DNA of 64,000 nt from an uncultured delta proteobacterium (GCA_963796055.1 CAWCKH010000002.1:32001-96000), one strand, 5' to 3'; counted from the first letter of the stretch, positions 9,488 through 20,207 are shown. The notes: generated by a model from the letters alone, not told the origin. Numbers and translations: made by a program.

Positions 9488-10203
9488 AGGCGACGGAGGC
9501 GCTCATCGCCCAGGTCTGGGCGACGCGCCATGGAGTCGAGACGGGGGCCTCTCTCCGGTTCGCAGCGCTCTCGCAAGGGTTGCGCGCGGCCGGTGCGCCC
9601 GACACGCTCGTGGAGCTGGCGGCCCGCGCGGCGACAGACGAGATCCGCCATGCCGCACACTGCGCTGACATCCTCCGCGCCAGGCACGCGGAGGTCCCGC
9701 CGCCCGAGACGCGGCTGCTGTTCTTCGGCCCCCGGGACCTCACCCCTGAGCAGAAGCTGACCTACGAGGTGGTGGCCCAGTGCTGCATCTCGGAAACCGA
9801 GAGCATGGCTACCCTGGTGACGCTCCTCGACGCCGCCGAGGACGCGCATCTGCGCGCTGTGCTCCAGGAGCTCGCACGGGACGAGGTCCAGCATGCGCGG
9901 CTGGGATGGGCGTACCTCGGCTGGGCGAGGCCCCGCTTCGACCTGGCGTTTCTCTCCGGATATCTCCCCGCGATGGCCACCGCCTCCACCGGGCCGGAGC
10001 TGTTCGGCTCCGCGCCCCCGGAGGTCGACGATGCGGCGCTGCTCCGCTCGGGTGTCGTGCCGCTCCGCGACCGCCGGCGCATCTATCTGGAGACGCTCCG
10101 GTCGGTGGTGATCCCCGGGTTCGAGGAGTTCGGGGTTGACACCGGGCCCCTTCGTCGCTGGACTGAAGAGCGAGAAGCGGCGCTCACCGCGCTGGAACAC
10201 TGA
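9481..10203 (+). CDS. ferritin-like (diiron) domain protein
   Basis: Two ExxH motifs (DEIRH, DEVQH) and CISETE; probable TTG start overlapping the peptide gene stop. Confidence 0.75.
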   Translation: MVEATEALIAQVWATRHGVETGASLRFAALSQGLRAAGAPDTLVELAARAATDEIRHAAHCADILRARHAEVPPPETRLLFFGPRDLTPEQKLTYEVVAQCCISETESMATLVTLLDAAEDAHLRAVLQELARDEVQHARLGWAYLGWARPRFDLAFLSGYLPAMATASTGPELFGSAPPEVDDAALLRSGVVPLRDRRRIYLETLRSVVIPGFEEFGVDTGPLRRWTEEREAALTALEH

Positions 10204-10303
10204 CCGCCGTCCCGTTGTGGACGCCCGCGACTGCACATCCGATGACGCTGCGCATCCGCGTCCACCGGTTCGACATCGGACAGGTGGGGTAAGCCTCCGG
10301 CGC

Positions 10304-11185
10304 TTGCACGGAGCTCCTCTGAATACCGCACTGCTGACGACGCTGGCGATGCTCTGCTTCGCGGGCAATTCCCTCCTCTGCCGGCTCGCGCTGAGAGGCG
10401 GGGCGATCGACGCCTCGAGCTTCACCGCGGTGCGGCTGGGATCCGCGGCGCTGGTGATGGCGGTGCTGGCGCGCGTGGGTGGGAAGGGCCGGGCACACGG
10501 CGGGAGCTGGACGTCGGCGGTGGTTCTGTTCATCTACGCCATCGCCTTCTCCCTGGCCTACCTCCAGATCGGCGCGGGGCTGGGAGCGCTGCTGCTCTTC
10601 GGGGCGGTCCAGGTCACGATGATCGCCTGGGGCCTCTTCCAGGGGGAGCGTCCCGACTCCGCCGAGTGGTCCGGCCTGGCGCTGGCGATCCTCGGACTGC
10701 TGGTGCTCACCCACCCCTCCGTTTCCGGCTCGCCCCTGGGGGGGATGGCCCTGATGCTGCTGGCGGGTGTGGGCTGGGGCACGTATTCGCTCCGGGGGCG
10801 GCGGAGTGGCGATCCGTTGCAGACGACCGCGGCGAACTTCGTGCGCACCGTTCCCCTGGTGCTGGTGATGGTGGCGTTCACCTTCGCCGTCGAGCACCCT
10901 CACCTCTCGACCACCGGCGTCCTCGCCGGGGTGGCCTCGGGCGCCATCACCTCGGGCATCGGATACGCAATCTGGTACCGCGCGCTCACCAGACTCAGCG
11001 CGGTCCAGGCGGCCACGGTCCAGCTCACAGTACCGGTGATCGCCGCGGCGGGCGGAGTGCTCTTCCTCGGCGAACGGGTGACGCTGGAGCTGGTCGGCGC
11101 CGCGGCGCTGATCCTCGGCGGCATCGCCCTGGCGATCCTGAACCGGGGCAAACCTGCCCAGCCTCGCGCCACGCTGGGGCGATGA
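10304..11185 (+). CDS. DMT/EamA family transporter
   Basis: About 10 TM helices, FAGNSLLCRLAL, SGIGYAIWY. Start uncertain (10304-10349). Confidence 0.88.
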   Translation: MHGAPLNTALLTTLAMLCFAGNSLLCRLALRGGAIDASSFTAVRLGSAALVMAVLARVGGKGRAHGGSWTSAVVLFIYAIAFSLAYLQIGAGLGALLLFGAVQVTMIAWGLFQGERPDSAEWSGLALAILGLLVLTHPSVSGSPLGGMALMLLAGVGWGTYSLRGRRSGDPLQTTAANFVRTVPLVLVMVAFTFAVEHPHLSTTGVLAGVASGAITSGIGYAIWYRALTRLSAVQAATVQLTVPVIAAAGGVLFLGERVTLELVGAAALILGGIALAILNRGKPAQPRATLGR

Positions 11186-11351
11186 CGTTCGAGCCGTCCA
11201 TGCCACATCGGGCCACGACCGTTCCTCGAAGGCGCGCGCCGCGGGCTCCGCCGATTGAAGCGGGAACGCTCCCGCGGTAGGGACTGGTAGGGACTGGACA
11301 GGGCCTCCCCCACAATCGGCCCTGCGACAGATCGTTCGGGAGGACTCTCCG

Positions 11352-11810
11352 ATGAAGCTCGTCGTCAACGGTCAGGAGCGTGAGATCGACGCGCCGCCCG
11401 ACATGCCGCTCCTCTGGGTGCTCCGGGACGTGCTCGGCCATACCGGCGCCAAGTTCGGCTGCGGGATGGCCCAGTGCGGGGCCTGCACCGTGCACCTCGA
11501 CGGGAAGGCCGTCCGGGCCTGTGTCACCCCGGTGTCGGCCGTGGGCAGCCGCGCCGTCACCACCATCGAGGGTCTGTCGCCCGATGGATCGCATCCGGTC
11601 CAGCGTGCCTGGGCGGAGATCGACGTCGTCCAGTGCGGTTACTGCCAGCCGGGGCAGATCATGACCGCCGCCGCCCTCCTGGCCACGAACCCGAAGCCGA
11701 CCGACGCGGACATCGACGCCGCCCTGTCGGGGAACATCTGCCGCTGCGGTACCTACCAGCGCATCCGCGCCGCCGTGCACCGGGCCGCCGAGCTGAAGGG
11801 AGGCGCCTGA
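11352..11810 (+). CDS. iorA: (2Fe-2S)-binding subunit of isoquinoline 1-oxidoreductase-type molybdoenzyme
   Basis: [15 protein letters not shown] and CRC motifs; GGGAGG RBS. Confidence 0.9.
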   Translation: MKLVVNGQEREIDAPPDMPLLWVLRDVLGHTGAKFGCGMAQCGACTVHLDGKAVRACVTPVSAVGSRAVTTIEGLSPDGSHPVQRAWAEIDVVQCGYCQPGQIMTAAALLATNPKPTDADIDAALSGNICRCGTYQRIRAAVHRAAELKGGA

Positions 11811-11813
11811 GCC

Positions 11814-13961
11814 ATGGGCGCGTTCAGCAGACGCGACTTCCTCCACTCCTCGGCTGTCGCCGGAACGGGGCTGGTCATCGCCTTCACCATCCCTCGCCGG
11901 GCCGAGGCGCTCGCCGGCGGTCCACCGAAGAAGAAGCCTCTGCCCCCGCCCAACGCGTTCCTGCGCATCGCGCCGGACGACTCGGTCACCGTCCTCCTCG
12001 CCCACTCGGAAATGGGTCAGGGCATCTGGACCACGCTGCCCATGCTCCTCGCCGAGGAGCTCGACTGCGACTGGGCGAAGATCCGCGTCGAGCACGCTCC
12101 CGCGGCGCCGGTCTACGCCCACACCGCCTACGGCGCGCAGATGACGGGCGGCTCGACCACCACCTGGTCCGAGTTCGAGCGATACCGGACGGTGGGCGCC
12201 ATCGCCCGCCAGCTGCTGGTCCGCGCCGCCGCCGAGAGGTGGAAGATCGACGCGGCGAAGCTCCGGGTCGAGAACGGGTTCGTCATCGGCGGCGCTCGCC
12301 GGGCCTCCTTCGGAGAGCTGGCCGAGCGGGCGCGGGCACTCCCCACGCCGGAGAAGGTCACCCTCAAGCCCCCCGAGCGGTGGAAGCTCATCGGCAAGCC
12401 GATGCGGCGGCTCGACACCCCCGAGAAGATCACCGGGCGAGCGGTGTTCGGGATCGACGTGCAGTTTCCCGGGCTGCGGACGGCGGTGGTGGCTCGCTCC
12501 CCCGTCTTCGGCGGCACCCTGAAGTCCTTCGACCCGACCGAGGCGCACAAGGTTCCCGGCGTCGAGCAGGTGGTCCAGGTCCCGAGCGGGGTGGCGGTGG
12601 TGGCGGCCAACACCTGGGCGGCGAGGCTCGGACGAGCGGCCCTGAAGACCGACTGGGACCTCGGACCTGGCGCGACGATGGACAGCGAGCGGATGCGGGC
12701 CGAGGCGCTCGCGCTCTCGCGCACCGCCGGACCGGTGGCACTGGACAAGGGAGACGTCGACACCGCGCTGGGCAAGGGCGCCCGGCGGCTGGAGGCCGAC
12801 TACGAGGTCCCCTACCTCGCCCACGCGCCCATGGAGCCTCTCAACGCCACGGTGAAGGTCGAGGGCGATCGGTGCGACATCTGGACCGGGACCCAGTTCC
12901 AGACCTCGGACCAGGCCACCGCGGCGCAGATCCTCGGCCTCAAGCCCGAGCAGGTGGCCATCCACACCACCTTCCTCGGCGGCGGATTCGGCCGGCGTGC
13001 CACCACCAGCTCCGACTTCGTCCGGGAGGCGACCGAGGTGGCCAAGGCCGCGAAGGTCCCGGTCAAGGTGGTCTGGACCCGCGACGACGACATCCGCGGC
13101 GGCTACTACCGTCCGGCGTTCCTTCACCGGATCGAGGCGGCGCTGGATGCGCGCGGACGGCCCGTGGCCTGGAAGCACACCTTGGTGGGCCAGTCGATCA
13201 TCACCGGAACGCCGTTCGAAGGGGCGATGGTCAAGAACGGAATCGACGAGGCCTCCGTCGAGGGCGTGGTCGACTCGCCCTACCTGGCGGCGATCCCCTC
13301 CCGGAAGGTGATGCTCCACTCGCCGAAGCCACCCATCCCGGTGCTCTGGTGGCGGTCGGTCGGAAACAGTCACACCGCCTTCGCCATGGAGTCGATGATC
13401 GACGAGCTGGCGCATGCTGCCGGGCAGGACCCGCTCGCCTACCGCCTGGCGATGCTCAAGGGCTCTCCGCGTCACGCCCGGGTGCTGCAGACCGCGGCGG
13501 AGAAGGCGGGTTGGGGGCGCTCGCCCGGCCCCGGTCGCGCGCTGGGCCTGGCGATGCACGCCTCCTTCGAGAGCGTCTTCGCCCAGGCGGCCGAGGTCTC
13601 CCTCGAGCCGGACGGCCGCATCCGGGTGCACCGGGTCGTGTGCGCCCTGGACTGCGGGCAGCCCATCAACCCCCTCGGGATCGAGGCCCAGGTTCAGAGC
13701 GGCATCGCCTTCGGGCTCGGCGCCGCGCTCCACAGCGCGATCACCTTCCGCAACGGTCGGGTCCAGGAGAGCAACTTCCACGACTACCGGGTCCTGCGCA
13801 TCGACGAGATGCCTCGGGTGGAGGTCCACATCCTCAAGAGCAGCGCGAAGATGGGCGGCATCGGTGAACCCGGGCTTCCCCCCATCGCCCCGGCGGTGGC
13901 GAACGCGCTGTTCGCGCTCAGCGGGAAGCGGCTCCGCTCCCTTCCCTTCCGCCTGGCCTGA
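11814..13961 (+). CDS. iorB: molybdopterin-binding subunit (IorB/xanthine dehydrogenase family), Tat signal
   Basis: SRRDFL Tat motif, EMGQG, HAPMEP, GGGFGRR, GGIGEP. Confidence 0.9.
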   Translation: MGAFSRRDFLHSSAVAGTGLVIAFTIPRRAEALAGGPPKKKPLPPPNAFLRIAPDDSVTVLLAHSEMGQGIWTTLPMLLAEELDCDWAKIRVEHAPAAPVYAHTAYGAQMTGGSTTTWSEFERYRTVGAIARQLLVRAAAERWKIDAAKLRVENGFVIGGARRASFGELAERARALPTPEKVTLKPPERWKLIGKPMRRLDTPEKITGRAVFGIDVQFPGLRTAVVARSPVFGGTLKSFDPTEAHKVPGVEQVVQVPSGVAVVAANTWAARLGRAALKTDWDLGPGATMDSERMRAEALALSRTAGPVALDKGDVDTALGKGARRLEADYEVPYLAHAPMEPLNATVKVEGDRCDIWTGTQFQTSDQATAAQILGLKPEQVAIHTTFLGGGFGRRATTSSDFVREATEVAKAAKVPVKVVWTRDDDIRGGYYRPAFLHRIEAALDARGRPVAWKHTLVGQSIITGTPFEGAMVKNGIDEASVEGVVDSPYLAAIPSRKVMLHSPKPPIPVLWWRSVGNSHTAFAMESMIDELAHAAGQDPLAYRLAMLKGSPRHARVLQTAAEKAGWGRSPGPGRALGLAMHASFESVFAQAAEVSLEPDGRIRVHRVVCALDCGQPINPLGIEAQVQSGIAFGLGAALHSAITFRNGRVQESNFHDYRVLRIDEMPRVEVHILKSSAKMGGIGEPGLPPIAPAVANALFALSGKRLRSLPFRLA

Positions 13962-13962
13962 G

Positions 13963-14580
13963 GTGACCGTGCGCCCTCTGCTCGCCTCCGTGCTCATCCT
14001 CGCCGCGCTCGCGCTCGGCTGTTCCCACGACGCCCGCCAGGGTCCTCCCACGGGCGGCCCCGCGGCCGCCGCGCCGGCCGCATCGTCGGACCCGGTCGCC
14101 GCGTTCGAGACCGTCCGCGCCGTGCTCCAGGACCCCCGCTGTCAGAACTGCCATCCGCCGGGGGATCGCCCGCTCCAGACGGACCGGAGCACGGTGCACA
14201 CGATGAACGTCCAGCGCGGGCCCACCGGACACGGCATGCCGGGCGCCGAGTGCGGCACGTGCCACGGCAGGGCCAACCTCCCCGACAGCTACGGAGCGCA
14301 TCAACCGCCGGGCGTCTCCCCCGACTGGCATATGCCTCCGCCGGAGATGCCGATGGTCTTCGTGGGCCGGAGTTCCCGCGAACTCTGCGAGCAGCTCAAG
14401 GATCCTGCCCGGACCGCGATCTCCACGGTGCCGGCGCTCCTCAAGCACGTGAGCAGCGATCCGCTGGTGCTCTGGGGATGGACACCCGGGTTCGGAAGGA
14501 AGCCAGTTGCGGTGCCACACGCCGAGTTCGTCGCCGCGTTCCAGCGCTGGACGGATGCCGGCCGTCCCTGTCCACAGTGA
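13963..14580 (+). CDS. c-type cytochrome lipoprotein associated with the Ior operon
   Basis: ALGC lipobox; two CxxCH (CQNCH, CGTCH); GTG immediately after the iorB stop. Confidence 0.8.
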   Translation: MTVRPLLASVLILAALALGCSHDARQGPPTGGPAAAAPAASSDPVAAFETVRAVLQDPRCQNCHPPGDRPLQTDRSTVHTMNVQRGPTGHGMPGAECGTCHGRANLPDSYGAHQPPGVSPDWHMPPPEMPMVFVGRSSRELCEQLKDPARTAISTVPALLKHVSSDPLVLWGWTPGFGRKPVAVPHAEFVAAFQRWTDAGRPCPQ

Positions 14581-14621
14581 TGCCGGCGGCCCGGACGTGA
14601 TCGCGTAGCCAGCCGCGAAAT

Positions 14622-14656
14622 GGCCCCGGAACCAGAAACATCCTGATTCCGGGGCC
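14622..14656. terminator. hairpin terminator between tRNA-Pro and the convergent ior operon
   Basis: GGCCCCGGAA...TTCCGGGGCC inverted repeat. Confidence 0.6.
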
Positions 14657-14661
14657 TTCAA

Positions 14662-14738
14662 TGGTCGGGGCGACTGGATTTGAACCAGCGACCACCTGCA
14701 CCCCAAGCAGGTGCGCTACCAGGCTGCGCTACGCCCCG
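14662..14738 (-). tRNA. tRNA-Pro(GGG), CCA encoded
   Basis: Reverse complement CGGGGCGTAGCGCAGCCTGGTAGCGCACCTGCTTGGGGTGCAGGTGGTCGCTGGTTCAAATCCAGTCGCCCCGACCA folds as a cloverleaf. Confidence 0.97.
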
Positions 14739-14777
14739 GGAACTGCTCGGCAATACGGCGGACTGCGGGGAAGCGGG

Positions 14778-14806
14778 GGTGTACCTGCGAGCCCCCGACG
14801 GGTCAA
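14778..14806 (-). promoter_or_regulatory. putative sigma70 promoter of tRNA-Pro
   Basis: TTGACC-17nt-TACACC on the minus strand. Confidence 0.45.
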
Positions 14807-15135
14807 GCCGCTCCGTCCGACCCGGAGCCGCCGCGAGCAGCCGCCTCGGCGGCTTCGGCCGAGGCGTTCAGCGCGCTCTTCAGCACCTGGCTGGGGCGGA
14901 AGGTGAGCACCCGGCGTGCGGAGATCTCGATCTCCTTGCCGGTCTGGGGATTCCGCCCGACGCGCGCGTTCTTCTGGCGCACCTGGAAGTTCCCGAAGCC
15001 GGAGATCTTGATCTTGTCCCCGCGCTCCAGCGTCTCCTTCACCGTGTCGAAGACCAGCTCGACGATCTCCGCGGACTCTTTCTTGGAGAAGCCCACCTTC
15101 TCGTAGACGCCTTCGATGATGTCGGCCTTCGTCAT
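14803..15135 (-). CDS. ihfA: integration host factor alpha subunit
   Basis: MTKADII, KISGFGNF, GRNPQTG; follows pheT. Confidence 0.95.
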   Translation of the reverse strand: MTKADIIEGVYEKVGFSKKESAEIVELVFDTVKETLERGDKIKISGFGNFQVRQKNARVGRNPQTGKEIEISARRVLTFRPSQVLKSALNASAEAAEAAARGGSGSDGAA

Positions 15136-15195
15136 GGACCCCAAGCATGCCTGCCTGCTCGCGAAAGTGTCAACTTACCGGAGTTGCTAAGGGTT

Positions 15196-17616
15196 TTAGC
15201 GACCCCTCAGCTGGCCGCCCAGGCGCCGCTGGACCTCGTCCACGATGCGCCGGTGGGCCTCCTGGACCTCGTCGTCGCGGAGGGTGCGCTCCGGTGAGCG
15301 ATAGGTGAGCGCGAAGGCCAGGTTCTTCTGCCCCTCGGGCAGAGGTGGGCCGGTGTAGACGTCGAACAGCACCGCGTCCTCGACCAGCGGCTGGCCCACC
15401 TCGCGGATGACGGCGCGCACCTCGGCCGCCTCCATCGTGACCGGGACGACCACCGCGAGGTCGCGGAGCACTGCCGGGTAGCGCGGCAGCGGCTGGAACT
15501 GGGGCGAGAGCCGCGCCACCTGCTCCAGCCCCTCGAACTCGAGCTCGAAGGCGAACACGCCCGGGGGGAGCTCGAGGTGCTGCGCCACGAGGGGATGCAC
15601 CTCGCCGATCCACCCCAGCACCACGTCCTCGACCCGGGCCTCGGCCGTCGCCCGCGGGTGGAACGGCGCCACGCGGGCCAGCCGGCAGCTCAGCTCCCCG
15701 GCCGACAGCGCCGAGACGATGGCCTCCACCGCGCCCCGGGCATCGGCGAAGTCGTTCTGCGCGTCCTTCGAGGTCCAGCTCCGCGGCTCGCGACGGCCCC
15801 AGAGCACTCCGGCGACGTGGAGCCGCTCCTCGGCCACCGGCCGGAGGTCCTTGCCGCCGTGCGGATCGCGCAGGTAGGCCCGGCCAATCTCGTAGAGCCG
15901 GAGCGACTCGGGCTGGTGCCGCAGGTTCGAGGCGACGTTGGAGAGCAGCGAGGCCAGCAGGGTGGTCCGCATCACCGCCTGCTGGGGGGTGAGCGGGTTC
16001 TTCAAGCTGACCGCCCCCACCGGCGTCCCGAGCTTCTCCAGCGCCCGCGGCGTCACCCACGGCAGCACGCCCGGATCGACGAAGCTGTAGTTCACCACCT
16101 CGTCGAAGCCGGCACCGGAGAGCGCCCCGCGGATGCGCCGCTCCACCTCGACCCACGCCGGCTCGGGAACCAGCTCGCCTGAGCTGGCCGGGAGGACCGA
16201 GGGGATGTGCTCGTATCCGCGGATCCGTGCGACCTCCTCCACCAGGTCCTCGGGTCGCTCCACGTCCTGGCGCCATCCAGGGACGCGCCAGCGACCGCCC
16301 GCCTCGGCGGCGAAGCCGAGGGACGAGAGAATGGAGCGGACCTCCGAATCGGGCGTTGCGGCCCCGAGCAGGCCGTCCACCTCGCCCGTGGCCAGCGGGA
16401 CGACGCGCGGCTCGGCCGGGCGCGGGTGCACGTCGATGCGCCCCCGCCGCACGGTGGCCCCGGACAGCTCGGCCATCAGCGCCGCGGCATGGTCCAGCAC
16501 CTCGGGCAGCACGGTGCGGTCCACGCCGCGCTCGAAGCGGTAGGACGCCTCGCTGTGGAGCTGGTGGCGTCGGGCCATCCGGCGGATGGTGCCCGGGTCC
16601 CAGTTCGCCGCCTCGAGCAACACCCGGGTCGTCCCGTCGCTGACCTCGGTGTCCGCACCGCCCATGGTGCCGGCGAGCGACTGCGCCCCGCGCGCGTCCT
16701 CGATGACCAGATCGTCCGCCACCAGGGTCCGCTGCTTGCCGTCGAGCGTGGTCAGCGGCTCACCCTCGCGTGCCCGCCGCACCCGGAGGACGCCGCCCTG
16801 GATGCGGTCCAGATCGAAGGCGTGAAAGGGCTGGCCCAGCTCGAGCATCACGTAGTTGGTGACGTCGACCACGTTGCTGATGCTCCGCACCCCGCAGCGC
16901 TCCAGTCGCCGCCGGAGCCACGCGGGCGACGGTCCGATGCGAACGCCCTCGAGCACCCGGGCGGTGAAGCGCCGACAGCCCTCCGGGTCAGCGATCTCGA
17001 TGCGGATCGCGTCCGAGACCGGCGCGCCCGACTCGGCCGGCACCCGGAGCTTGCGCTGCAGCGGGACGCCGAGCACCGCCGCCGCCTCCCGCCCCACGCC
17101 GAGGTGGCTGAGCGCATCGCCCCGGTTCGGCGTCACGTTCACCTCCAGCACCGTGTCCTCGAGCCCCAGCGCCCGGGCCAGCGGCGTCCCGGGCACCAGG
17201 TCCCTGGGGAGGATGAGGAGCCCGCTCGCATCCTCGGAGAGGCCGAGCTCCTTGCCCGAGCAGAGCATTCCCTGGCTCTCGACCCCCCGGAGGCTGGCGC
17301 GCTGGATGGCCGTCCCGCCCGGCAGGGTCGCCCCCACGGTCGCCAGCGGGACGAGGTCACCCACCTGGAAGTTCTTCGCCCCGCAGACGACTTGCAGTCG
17401 CGCGCCGCCCGCCTCCACCTGGGTGACGGACAGCTTCTCGGCATCGGGGTGCGGAGCCGCCGCCGCGATGCGTGCGACCACCACCCCGGCCAGCGCCTCG
17501 CCCGGCCGCTCCATCCCCTCCACCTCGAGGCCCGCCCGGGTCAGACGGCGGGCGAGCTCCTCCGGAGCCGGCAGCGGCGAGACGAACTCTTGAAGCCACT
17601 CGACGGAGACCTTCAT
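15196..17616 (-). CDS. pheT: phenylalanyl-tRNA synthetase beta subunit
   Basis: HPDAEKL, TPNRGD, YRFERG, C-terminal FDX-ACB domain (FDVYTG); 806 aa. Confidence 0.97.
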   Translation of the reverse strand: MKVSVEWLQEFVSPLPAPEELARRLTRAGLEVEGMERPGEALAGVVVARIAAAAPHPDAEKLSVTQVEAGGARLQVVCGAKNFQVGDLVPLATVGATLPGGTAIQRASLRGVESQGMLCSGKELGLSEDASGLLILPRDLVPGTPLARALGLEDTVLEVNVTPNRGDALSHLGVGREAAAVLGVPLQRKLRVPAESGAPVSDAIRIEIADPEGCRRFTARVLEGVRIGPSPAWLRRRLERCGVRSISNVVDVTNYVMLELGQPFHAFDLDRIQGGVLRVRRAREGEPLTTLDGKQRTLVADDLVIEDARGAQSLAGTMGGADTEVSDGTTRVLLEAANWDPGTIRRMARRHQLHSEASYRFERGVDRTVLPEVLDHAAALMAELSGATVRRGRIDVHPRPAEPRVVPLATGEVDGLLGAATPDSEVRSILSSLGFAAEAGGRWRVPGWRQDVERPEDLVEEVARIRGYEHIPSVLPASSGELVPEPAWVEVERRIRGALSGAGFDEVVNYSFVDPGVLPWVTPRALEKLGTPVGAVSLKNPLTPQQAVMRTTLLASLLSNVASNLRHQPESLRLYEIGRAYLRDPHGGKDLRPVAEERLHVAGVLWGRREPRSWTSKDAQNDFADARGAVEAIVSALSAGELSCRLARVAPFHPRATAEARVEDVVLGWIGEVHPLVAQHLELPPGVFAFELEFEGLEQVARLSPQFQPLPRYPAVLRDLAVVVPVTMEAAEVRAVIREVGQPLVEDAVLFDVYTGPPLPEGQKNLAFALTYRSPERTLRDDEVQEAHRRIVDEVQRRLGGQLRGR

Positions 17617-17708
17617 GGCTAGACAGTATGGAGCGACCGGCTCGCTCGTTCAGCGCGGATTAGCCTCGGCAACGCCGCGGCCAGAGCCGCAAACGAGGAG
17701 CCGGTCGA

Positions 17709-18804
17709 GTGAAAACTACAACGCTGACCGTCGGAATGGACGTGCATAAGGAGTCGATTTCCTTCTCGGTGCTGGCCGGTGACCGGGGAGGCGCTCGGCC
17801 CACGGTGAAGATCCGGAACGATGCGCTCGAGCTGAAGCGCTGCTTCGGCAGGCTCAAAAAGGAAGGGGCGGTCCGCGCCTGCTACGAGGCCGGGAGTTGC
17901 GGCTACGAGGTCTACCGGCAGCTCGCAGCGATGAAGATCCCATGCGACGTGGTCGCGCCCTCGCTCATCCCGGTGCGCGCCGGCGATCGGGTCAAGACCG
18001 ACCGGCGCGACGCCGAGAAGCTCGCTCGCCTCTACCGCGCCGGCGAGCTCACTTCGATTCGCGTCCCCTCCGAGGCCGAGGAGGCGCTGCGGGATTCTCG
18101 TTCGCTGCCGAGAGGATGCGCGCGAGGACGTCATCCGCGAGCGCGACCGACTCCTGAAGTTCCTCCTGCGCCACGGGCGCAGCTTTACCGAGGGCAAGAA
18201 GAACTGGTCGATGCCGCACTGGAAGTGGCTTCGCAAACAGACGTTCGAGGCCCCCATCGCACAGACGGTCTTCACCGAGTACTTGGCCCGCCTCGAGGGA
18301 ACGCTCGGACGTCTCAAGGCGCTCGACCAGGAACTCGCGACAGCCGCCGAGAAGGAGCCCTATAAAACTCCCGTTGCGAAGCTCCGCTGCCTGCGCGGCA
18401 TCGACACGCTCTCGGCCGTCATCCTCATCGCCGAGATCTGCGACTTCCAGCGGTTCGAGCACCCCGACCAGTTCATGGCTTTCGTCGGCCTCGTCCCGAG
18501 CGAGCGCTCGAGCGGAGCCAAGGAGCGGCGGGGCAGCATCACCAAGACGGGCAACGGACACGCCCGGCGCGTACTGGTCGAGGCCGCCTGGCACTACCGG
18601 CGCCCGCCACGCCAGAGCGGCGTCATCAAACAGCGCTGGGAGGGCCAGGATGCAAAGGTCGTAGCCCACGCATGGAAAGCCCAGGAGCGGCTGCACCGGC
18701 GCTTCCACCGCTTCGTCTCCCGCGGCAAACCTTCGCAGGTCGCGGCCGTCGCCGTGGCTCGCGAGCTCTGCGGCTTTGTCTGGGCCATCGCCCGCGCCGC
18801 TTGA
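17709..18804 (+). pseudogene. IS110 DEDD transposase/recombinase, frameshifted at ~18096
   Basis: GMDVHK, YEAG and KTDRRDA in one frame; GLVPSERSSG and ITKTGN in another. Removing one T at 18095-18096 gives continuous LRDLVRCRED. May be a sequencing indel. Confidence 0.85.
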
Positions 18805-18864
18805 AAGGAGCAACGTACGTGCATCGCTTCGAAGCCGGCAGGCAGTGGATGAGCCAGGAACGTA

Positions 18865-19000
18865 GGAGGGACTCTCGACAGTTCTAAGTGGCGGCGGGCT
18901 CGACCCGCCGACCCACGCCGCTAGAGCGAGAAAGCCTCCCGACGAATCACGGTCATGCGGCGGCTCCGCCGACCCGCGAATCCTAGAGTGATCAACCGTC
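18865..19000 (+). ncRNA. putative bridge/seek RNA of the IS110 element
   Basis: Two stem/internal-loop/hairpin modules. Loop strands match the target (ACAGTTCTA, GCTAGA) and the donor junction (ATCCTAGA). Boundaries approximate. Confidence 0.75.
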
Positions 19001-19120
19001 GCAGCTCCCTCGCTCGTCCCCTGCCTGAAGGCCTCGAAGTACGAACCACGAGGAGCTGCGAAGCGAACAGACGCATCGCCACCAACGAACGAGAGAGCTG
19101 ACTTGACGGGTCGCTCCATC

Positions 19121-20161
<1,041 letters not shown>

Positions 20162-20174
20162 GTGCTACCTCCCG

Positions 20175-20207
20175 AAACGACAAAGGGCCGCCCCTGGGGG
20201 CAGCCCT
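20175..20207 (-). terminator. intrinsic terminator/attenuator between rplT and pheS
   Basis: Minus strand GAGGGCTGCCCCCAGGGGCGGCCCT hairpin followed by TTGTCGTTT. Confidence 0.55.

Noticed and set aside
11025..14051. Very long antisense ORFs (1008 aa here; also 2790..5264, 24028..26118, 42831..45443, 51230..53434)
   Set aside because: Shadow frames opposite well-supported genes; stop codons are scarce at this GC content and the translations lack motifs.
14580..14740. Integrative element or prophage at tRNA-Pro or tRNA-Val
   Set aside because: No integrase, no phage genes, and no duplicated tRNA 3' end noticed in the window.
14661..14906. 81-aa ORF MVGATGFEPAT...
   Set aside because: It is the antisense translation of tRNA-Pro.
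18085..18100. Programmed ribosomal frameshift in the transposase
   Set aside because: No slippery run at the site, and IS110 transposases are normally single ORFs; a mutation or sequencing error is more likely.
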